From positions 1 to 64,000 of IMG/VR virus record IMGVR_UViG_3300021167_000382: DNA of 64,000 bases; one strand, 5' to 3'. Made by a program: the position numbers and the translations under genes. Source of the DNA: a virus (taxonomy: Duplodnaviria > Caudoviricetes). Positions 50,075 to 59,933 of the stretch are shown here, in pieces; the stretch's first letter is position 1; each line of letters opens with the position of its first letter. The notes below the pieces were generated by a model that was not told the origin of the DNA, did not search any database, and saw nothing but the letters and a program-made list of their open reading frames with translations.

Positions 50075-51397
50075 TTATGAGATTACGCTGGAAAGCACCA
50101 TCACTTTCGAGCTTGCGGTCGTATCGTGCATCTTCTTTAAGCTATCTGACATAATACCAGAGCTTACTTCCATTGCTGGAATAACAAGACCGCTTCCATA
50201 TCTTGCTAAGTCTTCACCGGCACAGATTTTACACGTATGTGTGCCAGCTTCCCTACAGTATTGCGGACTGCGAATAATAACTTCTTTATCCACATATCGT
50301 TCAGCGTTCGTTGCGTTTTCAATGAAAACCGGCTTACCGTCAGCTGACAAAACATAACGGCCAATGAGCTTCTTGATGTCAGATGAAGCATAGGTACGCT
50401 TAACACCAAGTGTTGCGCCGCAATCACGATCGGTGATCTTCCATGTATCAAGCGCGGTCATAAGGGCCTTAGCAACCACGCCCCCGTTAACTGTTTCGGC
50501 ACCCCGTGCGAATGAACCATAGCGAATCGTATTCGCCACTGCCGCGAACTTGTCTGGTGTTAAATCAATACCATCAACAAGCGGTTGAGTGATAGGGACC
50601 ATTTCTACGCTGTTAATGAAACCGTTGGTATCGCCGCCTTGGGTTAGATAGGCCTTACTACGTGCTTTGACTACTTTACCTGCCATGAACTTACCATACG
50701 CTGGATCATTTGCTTTCAGATAAGCTTTATCAAACTCACCCAGTTCAGTTTGGAATTTCACCATCTCCGTTGGGTCATGAAGTTTTCCATCATACTTCTT
50801 AAGAAGCTCCTTACGAAGTTCTGCCGCACCGGGAGGCGGAAGAATACCTTGACGGGTAATAGACATGGTAAAGAGTTTACTCATCCCTTCCAGGAAAGTC
50901 ACTGCTTTCTGAAAAAGAATCAACTCATCTACGTAGAAGACTCCGTCTTCCTTTTTCTCAACTGGCTTCAGCTCGTCACGTAACTTAGCAGCAAAGCGTT
51001 TTTCAATGTCACCCGGCGTAAAACCAGTATCGTTGATATACGTCATTCGACCTTGGAAGGGTTCGAATACTGTTAACAAGTTCAATAAGAGTCTACCGAC
51101 AGTAGTCTCGATAACTGGTGAACCTATCCACGGTAAACGATCTTGTGTAATCGTAACCTTATCCCGTTTGCTAAGGATAGGGTCATTAGGTTTTAAACCT
51201 TCGATCTGCAATGGTTGTTTTTCAAGAGATTCGTCTAGAAAAAAGACACCAAAGGGCTCACGAATCACCTTACCTACATATAGCTGAGCCTTTTGTTCTT
51301 CAGATTCCAAGCTATAGGTAAACATGGATACGATCCAGCGCTTCTCATAGTAACAGCGATGCTGTATCGCGAAATAGAGGTATTCAAGTAGATTCAT
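50075..51397 (-). CDS. Virion RNA polymerase beta-prime subunit, C-terminal part (phiKZ gp80-like)
   Basis: TTVGRLLLN, GS..RG.ET..GG, DCG, RSPQYC.....C..C.G zinc site and LKKMH trigger-loop-like motif. Confidence 0.85.
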   Translation of the reverse strand: MNLLEYLYFAIQHRCYYEKRWIVSMFTYSLESEEQKAQLYVGKVIREPFGVFFLDESLEKQPLQIEGLKPNDPILSKRDKVTITQDRLPWIGSPVIETTVGRLLLNLLTVFEPFQGRMTYINDTGFTPGDIEKRFAAKLRDELKPVEKKEDGVFYVDELILFQKAVTFLEGMSKLFTMSITRQGILPPPGAAELRKELLKKYDGKLHDPTEMVKFQTELGEFDKAYLKANDPAYGKFMAGKVVKARSKAYLTQGGDTNGFINSVEMVPITQPLVDGIDLTPDKFAAVANTIRYGSFARGAETVNGGVVAKALMTALDTWKITDRDCGATLGVKRTYASSDIKKLIGRYVLSADGKPVFIENATNAERYVDKEVIIRSPQYCREAGTHTCKICAGEDLARYGSGLVIPAMEVSSGIMSDSLKKMHDTTASSKVMVLSSVIS

Positions 51398-52286
51398 GGG
51401 TCGCTTTCTTATACTGTTCAAAACCTTCTAGCATAGAGCGCATCAGTCCTTCGATCGCTAGAACGTCTTTCATATCAGAAATTAATGACTCGCTGTATTT
51501 CCTAAAAGTTTCAATGGGAGATTCCCAGGTATCGGACGCCATCAAGTAAAAAGATAGCAAGGTCTTTGCGGTCGTCTCGACACGACCTGTGTTGAGATGG
51601 TCAGCGATATAAGGCAGATAGTTTTCCAGTATCATACCAAACTTAAAGTTGTTTTCAAGCATCTGGTATGCGATATGATCAGTTCCTGCATAAACGCAGA
51701 ATTTCTTGAAGTTATCCAATTGCTTAGGATTGATTTCTTCTTCGATGTCCTTAGATACGATAGCTTCTTGCTTGGTCAGTTCAGCATAGAGTCGATCTAG
51801 CGTCAAAGGTGCTACTTCGAGAATAGCGTCCAGTGTAATGATCTCTGCTTGATTAATCACTGCCTGGACAATACGTGCCACTTTCTCTTCACCGCTTAGA
51901 TCAGTCTCAAGAATCCGAAGATAGGGAACAGGGTCCTCAATAGACGGAATGAATGTTAGTGCGGTGGCAATGTTATTCTTCACTGATAACATGACGTCAT
52001 CGTTCAGCGTAATCCCCCACAGCGTGAAGACCTGGTCCACGGCGGCTGTGATGAGACTGGAAACGCGATCAGACAGGCCCTCGTTATCTTCAGCGTCAAT
52101 ACCGTTGATCGCGGCAATCAACTTCTCTTGAATATCCGGGTATTCCAGTCCATAGAGAACGGCCAAAGCAACGATCAAATCATTTTGATATTCACGAGTA
52201 TAGGTATTGCGAATATAGCCAAGGATCTCTTGATCCGGGCTATGTTGTGTCATATTTTCCAAGGTGTACTCCCAGAATGGATTCAT
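51384..52286 (-). CDS. Virion-associated protein (phiKZ gp79-like position)
   Basis: 300-aa helical ORF upstream of the vRNAP subunit. Confidence 0.55.
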   Translation of the reverse strand: MNPFWEYTLENMTQHSPDQEILGYIRNTYTREYQNDLIVALAVLYGLEYPDIQEKLIAAINGIDAEDNEGLSDRVSSLITAAVDQVFTLWGITLNDDVMLSVKNNIATALTFIPSIEDPVPYLRILETDLSGEEKVARIVQAVINQAEIITLDAILEVAPLTLDRLYAELTKQEAIVSKDIEEEINPKQLDNFKKFCVYAGTDHIAYQMLENNFKFGMILENYLPYIADHLNTGRVETTAKTLLSFYLMASDTWESPIETFRKYSESLISDMKDVLAIEGLMRSMLEGFEQYKKATHEST

Positions 52287-52388
52287 ACAATGCCGACTCT
52301 TGATGAAATAGTAGAAACAATTTATTCAAGGCAAGGCATCTTGTAGCAGCATACGCTGAATTTTTAATACATCATCAAAGGAAAGATC

Positions 52389-53006
52389 ATGGGTCAGAAA
52401 GCCAAAAATAAGAGCATCGATAAAGCCGGATCGCTGGCTGGACGCGAAGCAAACGTTCGTGTCGTGATGCCGAATCTCGCAGCGAAAGCTGTGCAGTCTG
52501 CGCTGGGTGTTCAACCGATGCCTGCATTGGTCTACAATCCTGAAAAAGAAGCCTCTGAAAGCCAGATGAACTGGCATCAGATCGAAGATCTTTCTCACTC
52601 CATCGCTTCAATGATTTCGGAAACGGCACAGCAATTCCAGACGACCATCCAGATGGTTCAGAACATCGGTCACGTGGAAGATATGGCTCGCTTCACCGCC
52701 AATGTCAAGGTCACGATGGAAGATCTTGAAAAATTCACTGAAGAATACATCAAGGTCAAAGCTAAGCATGAAGGTAAGACCGGCTTTATTACTGAAGCCG
52801 CTGACCGCATGGCGTACCTTAGTGTGTTTGAAGATTACAACGCCCTCTCTGCGTATTTCCAAGGCACGATGCATCATAAGCTCATCGAGTTTACGGAATA
52901 CGCGCTGAATGCCAAGGATAAACTCCTTGAAGCTGAAAGCAAGGCTGCCGAAACACCGACTGAAGAAGTTCAGCCTATTGACCAACAACCCACTACCGAG
53001 GTCTAA
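52389..53006 (+). CDS. Conserved hypothetical protein
   Basis: 205 aa with aagga RBS; first gene of the operon. Confidence 0.65.
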   Translation: MGQKAKNKSIDKAGSLAGREANVRVVMPNLAAKAVQSALGVQPMPALVYNPEKEASESQMNWHQIEDLSHSIASMISETAQQFQTTIQMVQNIGHVEDMARFTANVKVTMEDLEKFTEEYIKVKAKHEGKTGFITEAADRMAYLSVFEDYNALSAYFQGTMHHKLIEFTEYALNAKDKLLEAESKAAETPTEEVQPIDQQPTTEV

Positions 53007-53007
53007 G

Positions 53008-54663
53008 ATGTCTGACAACAATGAAAATACCCCCATCACTGAAGAGGATATCTTGGATGATATCCTTAAAACCAATGGTGAGGACGCTGGTGCCGTGGAT
53101 GTACCGAATGTACCCGTGATCGAAGAACCTACTGCTGAAGAAATCATTCAAGCTACGGTTACGGTTGATGAGGAGATCATTCAACAATCGGACGAAGCTG
53201 AAGACTATAGCCCGAAGCACACCAACCCGAATGTCAAGGAATACTTCCAGGTTCTGGGTGAAACGACCCAAGGGTCTCCTGACACCATCGAACTTCCGCC
53301 GGATACTTTCGAAAATGTCATTGAAAATATTCAACGCGCACCGAATCTGGACACGGGTGGAACCGAAAAGGCACGTCATTGGAACAACGTGATGCAACAA
53401 TCATTAACCTACATGCCTTTCAAGGGTATGTACGTTAACCGGTTGAATGATCAATCGTCTAATTTCAGCCAAGTCCTGGAATACGGCGGGGATCGTCTGT
53501 ACGGCGCTGCGCCGAGTAATCGCAATAAGCCCGGTGTTACTGAAGTTGAGGGTGAGCGTGCTATTCTGAAATTGGTGACGCAGTTGGGTATCGGCGGTCT
53601 TCATCGTACGCCGTTGTATAACAGTGGTTTCTGGGTGTATTTCAAACCAGCAGCAGAAACAGAACTACTGGAACTGAACGCTATCATCTCTCAGGAAAAG
53701 ATCTCCCTAGGGCGTGACAGCTATGGCCTAGCACACACCAACCATGTATCGTTCGCACTGTCTCGTGTCTTCGAACTAGCACTGCGGCATGTATACGAAA
53801 CTTCGGTGAAGCAAAGCGAGCTTCCGCTGAATAAACTGGGTGACCATATCGCACCGCAGGACATCCATGCATTCATCTGGGGTTTCCTCTGTGCCAACTA
53901 CCCGTCCGGTTTCCACTATGAACGGGCTTGTTCGAACAATCCGACCAAGTGTAACCACGTGGTCAAGGGTAACCTCTCTATTCCGAAGACACTGGTGGTG
54001 GACACCGAACGTCTGAATGACTGGCAGAAGAACCACATGCGATCCTTTGCCGCTGGCAGTATGACGTTGGCAGATATCAAGCGCTACTATAGCGAACTGA
54101 CTCATCTGCATAACCGCCGAATCATTCTGAACAAGGGCACAGACTACGAACTAGCATTCACGCTTCGTACACCAACGATCCGTCAGTACATCGATCAAGG
54201 CTTCAAGTACATCAACGCTTTAGTCGAAAGTGTGAATCGCTCTCTGTCGATTGATATCTCGAACGATCAACGCGACATCGCTATCGATCAGAACTCTCGT
54301 GCTGAAAAGCTTTGTCAGTGGATTCATTTCTTCGAATCGATCGAATTCGGTAACCTGTCGGATGAAAGTAACCTGAGTGCTTCGGTGATCAAGGACCATG
54401 ACACTATCGTTCGTTCCCTGGCCACGCTGTCTTCTACAGATAGCATCAGTGAGCAGATCATCAATGAAGTCGTTCGCTATGTGGAAGATAGTACCATTTC
54501 CATCATGGCTATTCCGGCCTATGACTGTCCTGCTTGTGGAACTGCGCAAGAGCAGCAAGTCGATGTCCGTTATCCACGGATGGCCGCTTACATTCCTCTG
54601 GACATCCTGCAAGTTTTTTTCGGGCTACTTGCTCGTCGGATGAACCGGATAATGAATCGTTAA
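53008..54663 (+). CDS. Putative tail/baseplate assembly chaperone (phiKZ gp77-like; T4 gp26/gp51-like motifs)
   Basis: PLYNSGFWV, C......C.H and CPACG motifs, ends LD..QVFF; ATG at 53008. Confidence 0.55.
   Translation: MSDNNENTPITEEDILDDILKTNGEDAGAVDVPNVPVIEEPTAEEIIQATVTVDEEIIQQSDEAEDYSPKHTNPNVKEYFQVLGETTQGSPDTIELPPDTFENVIENIQRAPNLDTGGTEKARHWNNVMQQSLTYMPFKGMYVNRLNDQSSNFSQVLEYGGDRLYGAAPSNRNKPGVTEVEGERAILKLVTQLGIGGLHRTPLYNSGFWVYFKPAAETELLELNAIISQEKISLGRDSYGLAHTNHVSFALSRVFELALRHVYETSVKQSELPLNKLGDHIAPQDIHAFIWGFLCANYPSGFHYERACSNNPTKCNHVVKGNLSIPKTLVVDTERLNDWQKNHMRSFAAGSMTLADIKRYYSELTHLHNRRIILNKGTDYELAFTLRTPTIRQYIDQGFKYINALVESVNRSLSIDISNDQRDIAIDQNSRAEKLCQWIHFFESIEFGNLSDESNLSASVIKDHDTIVRSLATLSSTDSISEQIINEVVRYVEDSTISIMAIPAYDCPACGTAQEQQVDVRYPRMAAYIPLDILQVFFGLLARRMNRIMNR
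54615..54621 (+). other. Candidate -1 ribosomal frameshift heptamer T_TTT_TTC
   Basis: Codons GTT TTT TTC in frame 0; the -1 frame stays open to 55085. Confidence 0.6.
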
Positions 54664-55085
54664 GGTTTCCTGGGGACAGTAGTTTTATCGACCATCCCTC
54701 ACAGGTCACGGATTTCATTAGAAAGTCACTTGAGAAACTTCCAGTAATGGAGTATGACCAAGCACGTTCAGTGATGAGAGAGTTATATGAAACTGAGTTT
54801 GGGATCTTCAACCATCTCGGTCAAGATAAAAATCCAATCGCTAGTGTACTTCATCATAAATGTGAAGAAGTATGGTTGAATAGTGGTGTCCGTGAACTGA
54901 TTGAAGAGTTTGCCGTGTACAATATCGGTGAGTTGTTCAATATCAGTTTGGTTGAGTATCTCTCCATGCCTCGTCCTTATGTAGCGATGATACGAGAGAT
55001 CAAAGACAACGTCCTCAAGAAACGAGATACGATCGTATCTGCCGTCGAGCGAGAAGTCTTTAAAGAGACTAAGAAGAAAACGTAA
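54621..55085 (+). CDS. Frameshift extension or downstream chaperone partner
   Basis: Lies in the -1 frame of the upstream gene; FNISL.EYL.MPR motif; the first ATG (54748) lacks a clear RBS. Confidence 0.6.
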   Translation, partial: RATCSSDEPDNESLRFPGDSSFIDHPSQVTDFIRKSLEKLPVMEYDQARSVMRELYETEFGIFNHLGQDKNPIASVLHHKCEEVWLNSGVRELIEEFAVYNIGELFNISLVEYLSMPRPYVAMIREIKDNVLKKRDTIVSAVEREVFKETKKKT

Positions 55086-55087
55086 TA

Positions 55088-55121
55088 GACACCCTGGGAG
55101 GCAACTGCCTCCCAGGGTGTC
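55088..55121. terminator. 15-bp stem-loop between convergent genes
   Basis: gacaccctgggaggc-aact-gcctcccagggtgtc; core shared with the hairpin at 10106. Confidence 0.6.
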
Positions 55122-55127
55122 GTTTGC

Positions 55128-56789
55128 TCATAGCTGAGAACGTGGCTTAACTACCAATGCGGTATTCATCCGGATTAAGCGAAGGCGCCGTTTTGTTTCA
55201 ATGTAAGACTTAATACGACTAGGGTCAAGTTTTGTCAATAGTCCTAGTGCATTCTTATCAGTGAAGATCATTTCATCGATGTAGCTGTCCAGATTTGTTC
55301 CTGTACTATGGAAGTTACCTTGATGAGTCATATGAAGAATTCGATACACGGAAGTAAACATCCACTCTTCCAATTTCTCATATCGATCAAGACTGCCAAA
55401 ATCGGGATCTGCGGCGAGCAATTCATTAAAGGCGGCTACCACCTTCAGAAATGCTTTTGGGTGCTTAGAGAGCCGTTTAAGGGCATTGTAGAGGGGAGAT
55501 GAGATCTCCGGTAATGCAGCAAGTCGTACATGATGTACATCGCGCATAGAAAGTGGCGTTAATGAGCGAATCATTAAGTCAGGCGTCACTTCAATCTTTT
55601 CATAAGACTGCAGTTCACCATTGACATAGTGCTCCACATGAAAAACGGAAAAGAACAGTTTAGTCAGATAAGGGCTTTCTGTTTTTAGGAAGTCCAAAAT
55701 ATCCGAATCGATTTCATAATCGCCTAGGTCAGTTAAACTGAGTAGGTCATGTTTAGTTTCATCCAAGAAACAACGAGCGATGAATACTGATGCGGTATGT
55801 TGCTTAACATCAGGCTTGAACGTGTCGAAGCTGGGAATGAGTAAAGGTTGATCTAGGTACCGAGGGGTGTTAGTACGAGAGCCTAGTGCGAACCCACTCA
55901 CTGCGTTCATACCGTGTGAGTAATATGCTTTAGTGGTGTCATAGTCAACCACATCTTCTAGATACTTGGTATAGATATCCGGCATGAATTCATTATGCAC
56001 TGCGATCGGATAATGTAAGAAACACTGGTCAGGACGCCAGTACGTATAGCGATAAACAAACTTCGTTTGCCAGACGCCTTTGTCTCGATCATACTCTGGT
56101 TTTTCAGGAGAGACAGTGAAATCAAAAGAACCAAGAATCTGACTTTGTTTCTCATGGATCACTGGAACTGACTTAACGCCTGCTTGGTCAGTTAGGGTAC
56201 TAACGCGACTAACGCGATGTTTATTAAAGTAATCCATCAATGTCTCACCGTAACCTTCGTTCTTCTCACGAAGCGTGTGGACATCTGTCAGTATGTAAAG
56301 AAATTCAGCAGGAATAGGGAAGCTGTAAACGATGTGGTGTAGTGTGGTTTCACGGCCACGGTTCGCTTTGGTAATCTGCGTTGCGATCCACTGTCGAACT
56401 TCGGTTTCACTCGTAGAACGATAGGAGAAGGTAATCTCCATTTTTGAAGGGAGATAAATCGGACGAAGACTGAAGTTCAATTTCGGATCAGAGAAGATCG
56501 GTGCGTTATCCCAACTATGTGAATTAACTTCTTGCACAGCATCCACATCGTAGTCTTCAACTACATCCACAGTGACTAAGTCATCACTGGTAAACTTGGC
56601 TTCGTTCTCTTGACCTAGTTCACTGATCGCACTGCCCGTGGAGCGAACTGTACCACGCTTACCTGCATAGATCACTTCTACATCTTTAGACATGCCAAGA
56701 ATATCACGAACCTGATCGATGACCTGGTAAATACTAGGCCTTACGACGATTTGTTCGATATCTGGCAAAGGAATAGTTACTGAAGGCAT
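55128..56789 (-). CDS. Virion structural protein (neck/tail-completion type, tentative)
   Basis: 553 aa; RP N-terminus, F.D......PIY and YP..VHN motifs seen in phiKZ-like virion proteins. Confidence 0.55.
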   Translation of the reverse strand: MPSVTIPLPDIEQIVVRPSIYQVIDQVRDILGMSKDVEVIYAGKRGTVRSTGSAISELGQENEAKFTSDDLVTVDVVEDYDVDAVQEVNSHSWDNAPIFSDPKLNFSLRPIYLPSKMEITFSYRSTSETEVRQWIATQITKANRGRETTLHHIVYSFPIPAEFLYILTDVHTLREKNEGYGETLMDYFNKHRVSRVSTLTDQAGVKSVPVIHEKQSQILGSFDFTVSPEKPEYDRDKGVWQTKFVYRYTYWRPDQCFLHYPIAVHNEFMPDIYTKYLEDVVDYDTTKAYYSHGMNAVSGFALGSRTNTPRYLDQPLLIPSFDTFKPDVKQHTASVFIARCFLDETKHDLLSLTDLGDYEIDSDILDFLKTESPYLTKLFFSVFHVEHYVNGELQSYEKIEVTPDLMIRSLTPLSMRDVHHVRLAALPEISSPLYNALKRLSKHPKAFLKVVAAFNELLAADPDFGSLDRYEKLEEWMFTSVYRILHMTHQGNFHSTGTNLDSYIDEMIFTDKNALGLLTKLDPSRIKSYIETKRRLRLIRMNTALVVKPRSQL

Positions 56790-56834
56790 CTGCCACCTCT
56801 AGATTGTTTTTAATTCACTTGATCCATGACAGAC

Positions 56835-56867
56835 AAAAAACATCCACCGGGAAAACCCGGTGGATGT
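56835..56867 (-). terminator. Intrinsic terminator of the capsid gene
   Basis: 12-bp stem acatccaccggg/cccggtggatgt followed by a T tract on the minus strand. Confidence 0.75.
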
Positions 56868-56884
56868 CTTGGCCTTTTTCAGGA

Positions 56885-59065
56885 TTACAGCTGCTTGACC
56901 TTGAGGAAGGACTCGTCGAAGACCTGGCCGATGTTGGTAACTTCAACCATAGCGGCAACGGGGAGGTGTTCCACGAAACGATAGCGCGGCTGCACGATCG
57001 TCTCACGAGACATGGACTCACCACGCGGCACGTTGGCAGAGATCACGGTTTCAGCGGACCAAACCAGGTTACCCCAGTTCAGGATGTTCGGCGTTTCGTT
57101 GCGGTTTTCACCCAGGACCACGAAGGTCATGAAGATCTTGCCGCGGAAGCGCTTGTCGAGGGTATCGACGATGCGAACGTCGAACTTCTCGGACAGTGCA
57201 CGGACTTCGCCGTCGATCTGCAGGTAACGACGGATGTACGGATCGGTAGCGATCACAACGGTCGTGTTGCCGATGAAGCCAGTGGCCATCTTGGCAGACT
57301 CGTATTCCGACTGGATGTACATCGAGAAAGCCACATCGCGCAGCTTGTTGATGATCGAGGCGGCAACGTTCTTGGCAGCGTCTTGGCTGTCAAGAGTCTG
57401 AGACATGGCAACGGCGTCCAGTGCGTTCACACCGGTCAGTTCAGCCAGGTAAGGCTTGACATGGAAGCGGGCAGCGCCCAGACCTTGCGGTGCATCTTCG
57501 TTGTTGAACGGAACGGCCGTGAAGGCGCGCAGACGGTCAACGGCTTCGAAGATAGCGGTAACGCAATCGCCAGCCAGACGGAAGCGGGTCGTCGTAACCA
57601 GGGTCTCGTAATCGCTGGCATCGTGTTCGCCGTTGGAGGCAACCGGACGCTGAGCGGTGATCGGAGAAAGCAGCGGCACTTCGTACAGCTGAACGAACTG
57701 GTTGCGGTCGATGAAATCACCGCGCTCACGCAGATTGACGTTGGTCTTGTAAGCCTTCAGATCGTAACCGACAACGGTGCCGCCGGAGATCAGGGCTTGC
57801 AGTGCAACAACCTTGGCGTTGGTAGCCGGCAGTTCTTGCATGTTGGCATCCAGAACGCGGACGATGGACAGACGCGGGCCGTGTACCATAACGTTGCCGT
57901 ATTCGGTATTGACCGTGCCGTCGACGCCGATGTCGAGGACCAGGGAGAGGTTGTCCAGAACCAGGGAATCCAGATCAGCCAGAGCACCACCACCAACTTG
58001 CTTGGTTGCGTTGTTCAGGACGACATACTTGGAACGGAAGTTCAAACGACGATCTTCCGGGCGACCCTGTTGGTTGTAGACGAAGTTGGCACCTTGACGA
58101 CCGTAGACGTTGATGGCGACGATGTCATCACCCAGCTTGACGTACAGGTTGTTCAGGGAGATAGCCGGATCAAGCGTGTCGGTCTGGTTGGCGGAGCCGG
58201 AGGTCAACTGAGCATCGGTCTGGGACAGGCCGATAATGTTGGCTTCAGCGCCGATCTTCAGCGGCGAGGTCTGGAAGGCAGCGCCTTCAACCGTGTAGTC
58301 AACCGGAGCGATCAGAGCAGAGTCAACAAACTTGTCAGCAGCGGTGGCACGGAAGACCGGAACGACGGCGTTCTTCGAGCGCGACAGGACAGTGTGGTCA
58401 ACCGGGGCGCGGGTCAGGTCAATCTTCTGCAGCTCTTGCGCACGGCCAGAGACAGAATGGGTCAGGCCACGATGAATGGTCAGGCGATTGACGATGATGC
58501 CCAGGCCGATCTGGTCAGCCGGCAGGGTCAGCAGCGGATACAGGGTTTCACCGAATTCAGACTGGAGCGGAACCGAGTAGTTGTAGGCCATGGTGTACAG
58601 GGCCGATTGACGCTGTTCGCGCTGGTCGAAGGCTTCGACAGCAGCAACGATCTTCTGCGAACGCTTGCCAGCAAAGCCAGGAACGTGTTCGGCGGAGACA
58701 GCAAACATTTCAACACCAGCGGGTGCGGAGACGCCAGCGATAGAAGTTTGACGAGCGATGTGGCTGTCACGAGCGGCCAGAGCGAAACCACCTTGCAGAG
58801 CAGCCGATTCGGCGGCCATGACAACACCGGTCTTCTGGGTGCCGAGCTTGGAGGTAACAGCAGAGATGACAGCGGAGAAGTTGCTGGCAACGGTGTCGAT
58901 CTGCATCGTGTCGCTTTCCGAGATGGACTCGGTAGCGAAAACACGACCAGCGACAGCGGTGTCCGGCATAGCCAGAGAAGCAGCGGCGACAGAGAACTTC
59001 TTCAGCAGGTTGACATCGTGGTTCACGGCTTGAGCGCCAATACCACCTTGAGAACGCAGACTCAT
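56885..59065 (-). CDS. Major capsid protein (phiKZ gp120-like)
   Basis: AVEAFD cleavage-type site, QSEFGETLYP, TDTLDP, N.N.R.RG and VQPRY..V..LP motifs; ATG at 59065 with gaagga RBS; strong codon bias. Confidence 0.9.
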   Translation of the reverse strand: MSLRSQGGIGAQAVNHDVNLLKKFSVAAASLAMPDTAVAGRVFATESISESDTMQIDTVASNFSAVISAVTSKLGTQKTGVVMAAESAALQGGFALAARDSHIARQTSIAGVSAPAGVEMFAVSAEHVPGFAGKRSQKIVAAVEAFDQREQRQSALYTMAYNYSVPLQSEFGETLYPLLTLPADQIGLGIIVNRLTIHRGLTHSVSGRAQELQKIDLTRAPVDHTVLSRSKNAVVPVFRATAADKFVDSALIAPVDYTVEGAAFQTSPLKIGAEANIIGLSQTDAQLTSGSANQTDTLDPAISLNNLYVKLGDDIVAINVYGRQGANFVYNQQGRPEDRRLNFRSKYVVLNNATKQVGGGALADLDSLVLDNLSLVLDIGVDGTVNTEYGNVMVHGPRLSIVRVLDANMQELPATNAKVVALQALISGGTVVGYDLKAYKTNVNLRERGDFIDRNQFVQLYEVPLLSPITAQRPVASNGEHDASDYETLVTTTRFRLAGDCVTAIFEAVDRLRAFTAVPFNNEDAPQGLGAARFHVKPYLAELTGVNALDAVAMSQTLDSQDAAKNVAASIINKLRDVAFSMYIQSEYESAKMATGFIGNTTVVIATDPYIRRYLQIDGEVRALSEKFDVRIVDTLDKRFRGKIFMTFVVLGENRNETPNILNWGNLVWSAETVISANVPRGESMSRETIVQPRYRFVEHLPVAAMVEVTNIGQVFDESFLKVKQL

Positions 59066-59118
59066 GGGATAATTCCTTCCTTCTTTGTGGAACTTGTTAA
59101 AAAACTTGATCAAGGTTT

Positions 59119-59820
59119 CTACTGCGAGGAACTGACTCGAAGCGCATCCAAATAGATGTCGTACCACTGACACTGGTTTACCGTATTTACCGGCATCACC
59201 GCATAAGCAGCCTTCAACACATCGGAAATGAACTTCAATTTGGAGGCTTTATCCTCCATCTGTTCGAGAAAGCCTTCCTCCACAACAATATAGATGCTGC
59301 TTTGGTAGCTAACCACTCGATAAGTGAGTGTGCTCTTTTCAGGCTTCATAATAAAGCCTGCAGAAGGACAGATGACACACTCCTCTTCATTGTCACTAAT
59401 GCCATGTTCTTTCTTATAGGCAGTAGGTGTCAGATAGGATTTTACAGCGTCAATGACATGTGATTGCTTCGTGTGGAAAGAAATCACTTTGCTGTATTCT
59501 GCTTCATCAGCCGGTGTGACACCGGTGTAGAACGCGTCATCGATATACTTGTAACTGAAATCAGGATTACTCACCAACCAGTTATCAAAGAATTGGTTAA
59601 CCTCTGCCGCCATCAGGTAATTCATCGCCAGATCATCCAAGGAGCAGATTTCTCGAGCTTTCTGATAGGACATGAAGCCTTCGATACAGTGCTTCTTCGT
59701 AAAGCGATGATGAATCGCGGCATGGATAGCCACGACGTTAATCGAACGAAGCGACACTGGTTCAGAGTTCTCTCCGCGATCGGAATCTAATCCGATCACG
59801 TCATTTGTAATGAATGCCAA
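59119..59820 (-). CDS. Head-associated protein (phiKZ gp119-like position)
   Basis: Lies between the helicase and capsid genes, with aggag RBS. Confidence 0.55.
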   Translation of the reverse strand: MAFITNDVIGLDSDRGENSEPVSLRSINVVAIHAAIHHRFTKKHCIEGFMSYQKAREICSLDDLAMNYLMAAEVNQFFDNWLVSNPDFSYKYIDDAFYTGVTPADEAEYSKVISFHTKQSHVIDAVKSYLTPTAYKKEHGISDNEEECVICPSAGFIMKPEKSTLTYRVVSYQSSIYIVVEEGFLEQMEDKASKLKFISDVLKAAYAVMPVNTVNQCQWYDIYLDALRVSSSQ

Positions 59821-59933
59821 ATTCCTACTCCTTTTAAGTGCTTATCCATAAGAGTTCGAATTACTTGAAAAACTCTTTTATTTTGAGGGTGTAATCGTTT
59901 GACCAATGCTACAAAAAATAAAGAGGTAAGCCC

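Noticed and set aside
56804-59155. 783-aa antisense ORF over the major capsid gene
   Set aside because: It is the codon-aligned mirror of a strongly biased gene that avoids TTA/CTA/TCA codons. It has no RBS and no recognisable protein features.
14660-59860. TATG late-promoter motifs upstream of several structural operons
   Set aside because: They are consistent with phiKZ biology, but a 4-mer cannot be called from sequence alone, so they were not annotated individually.
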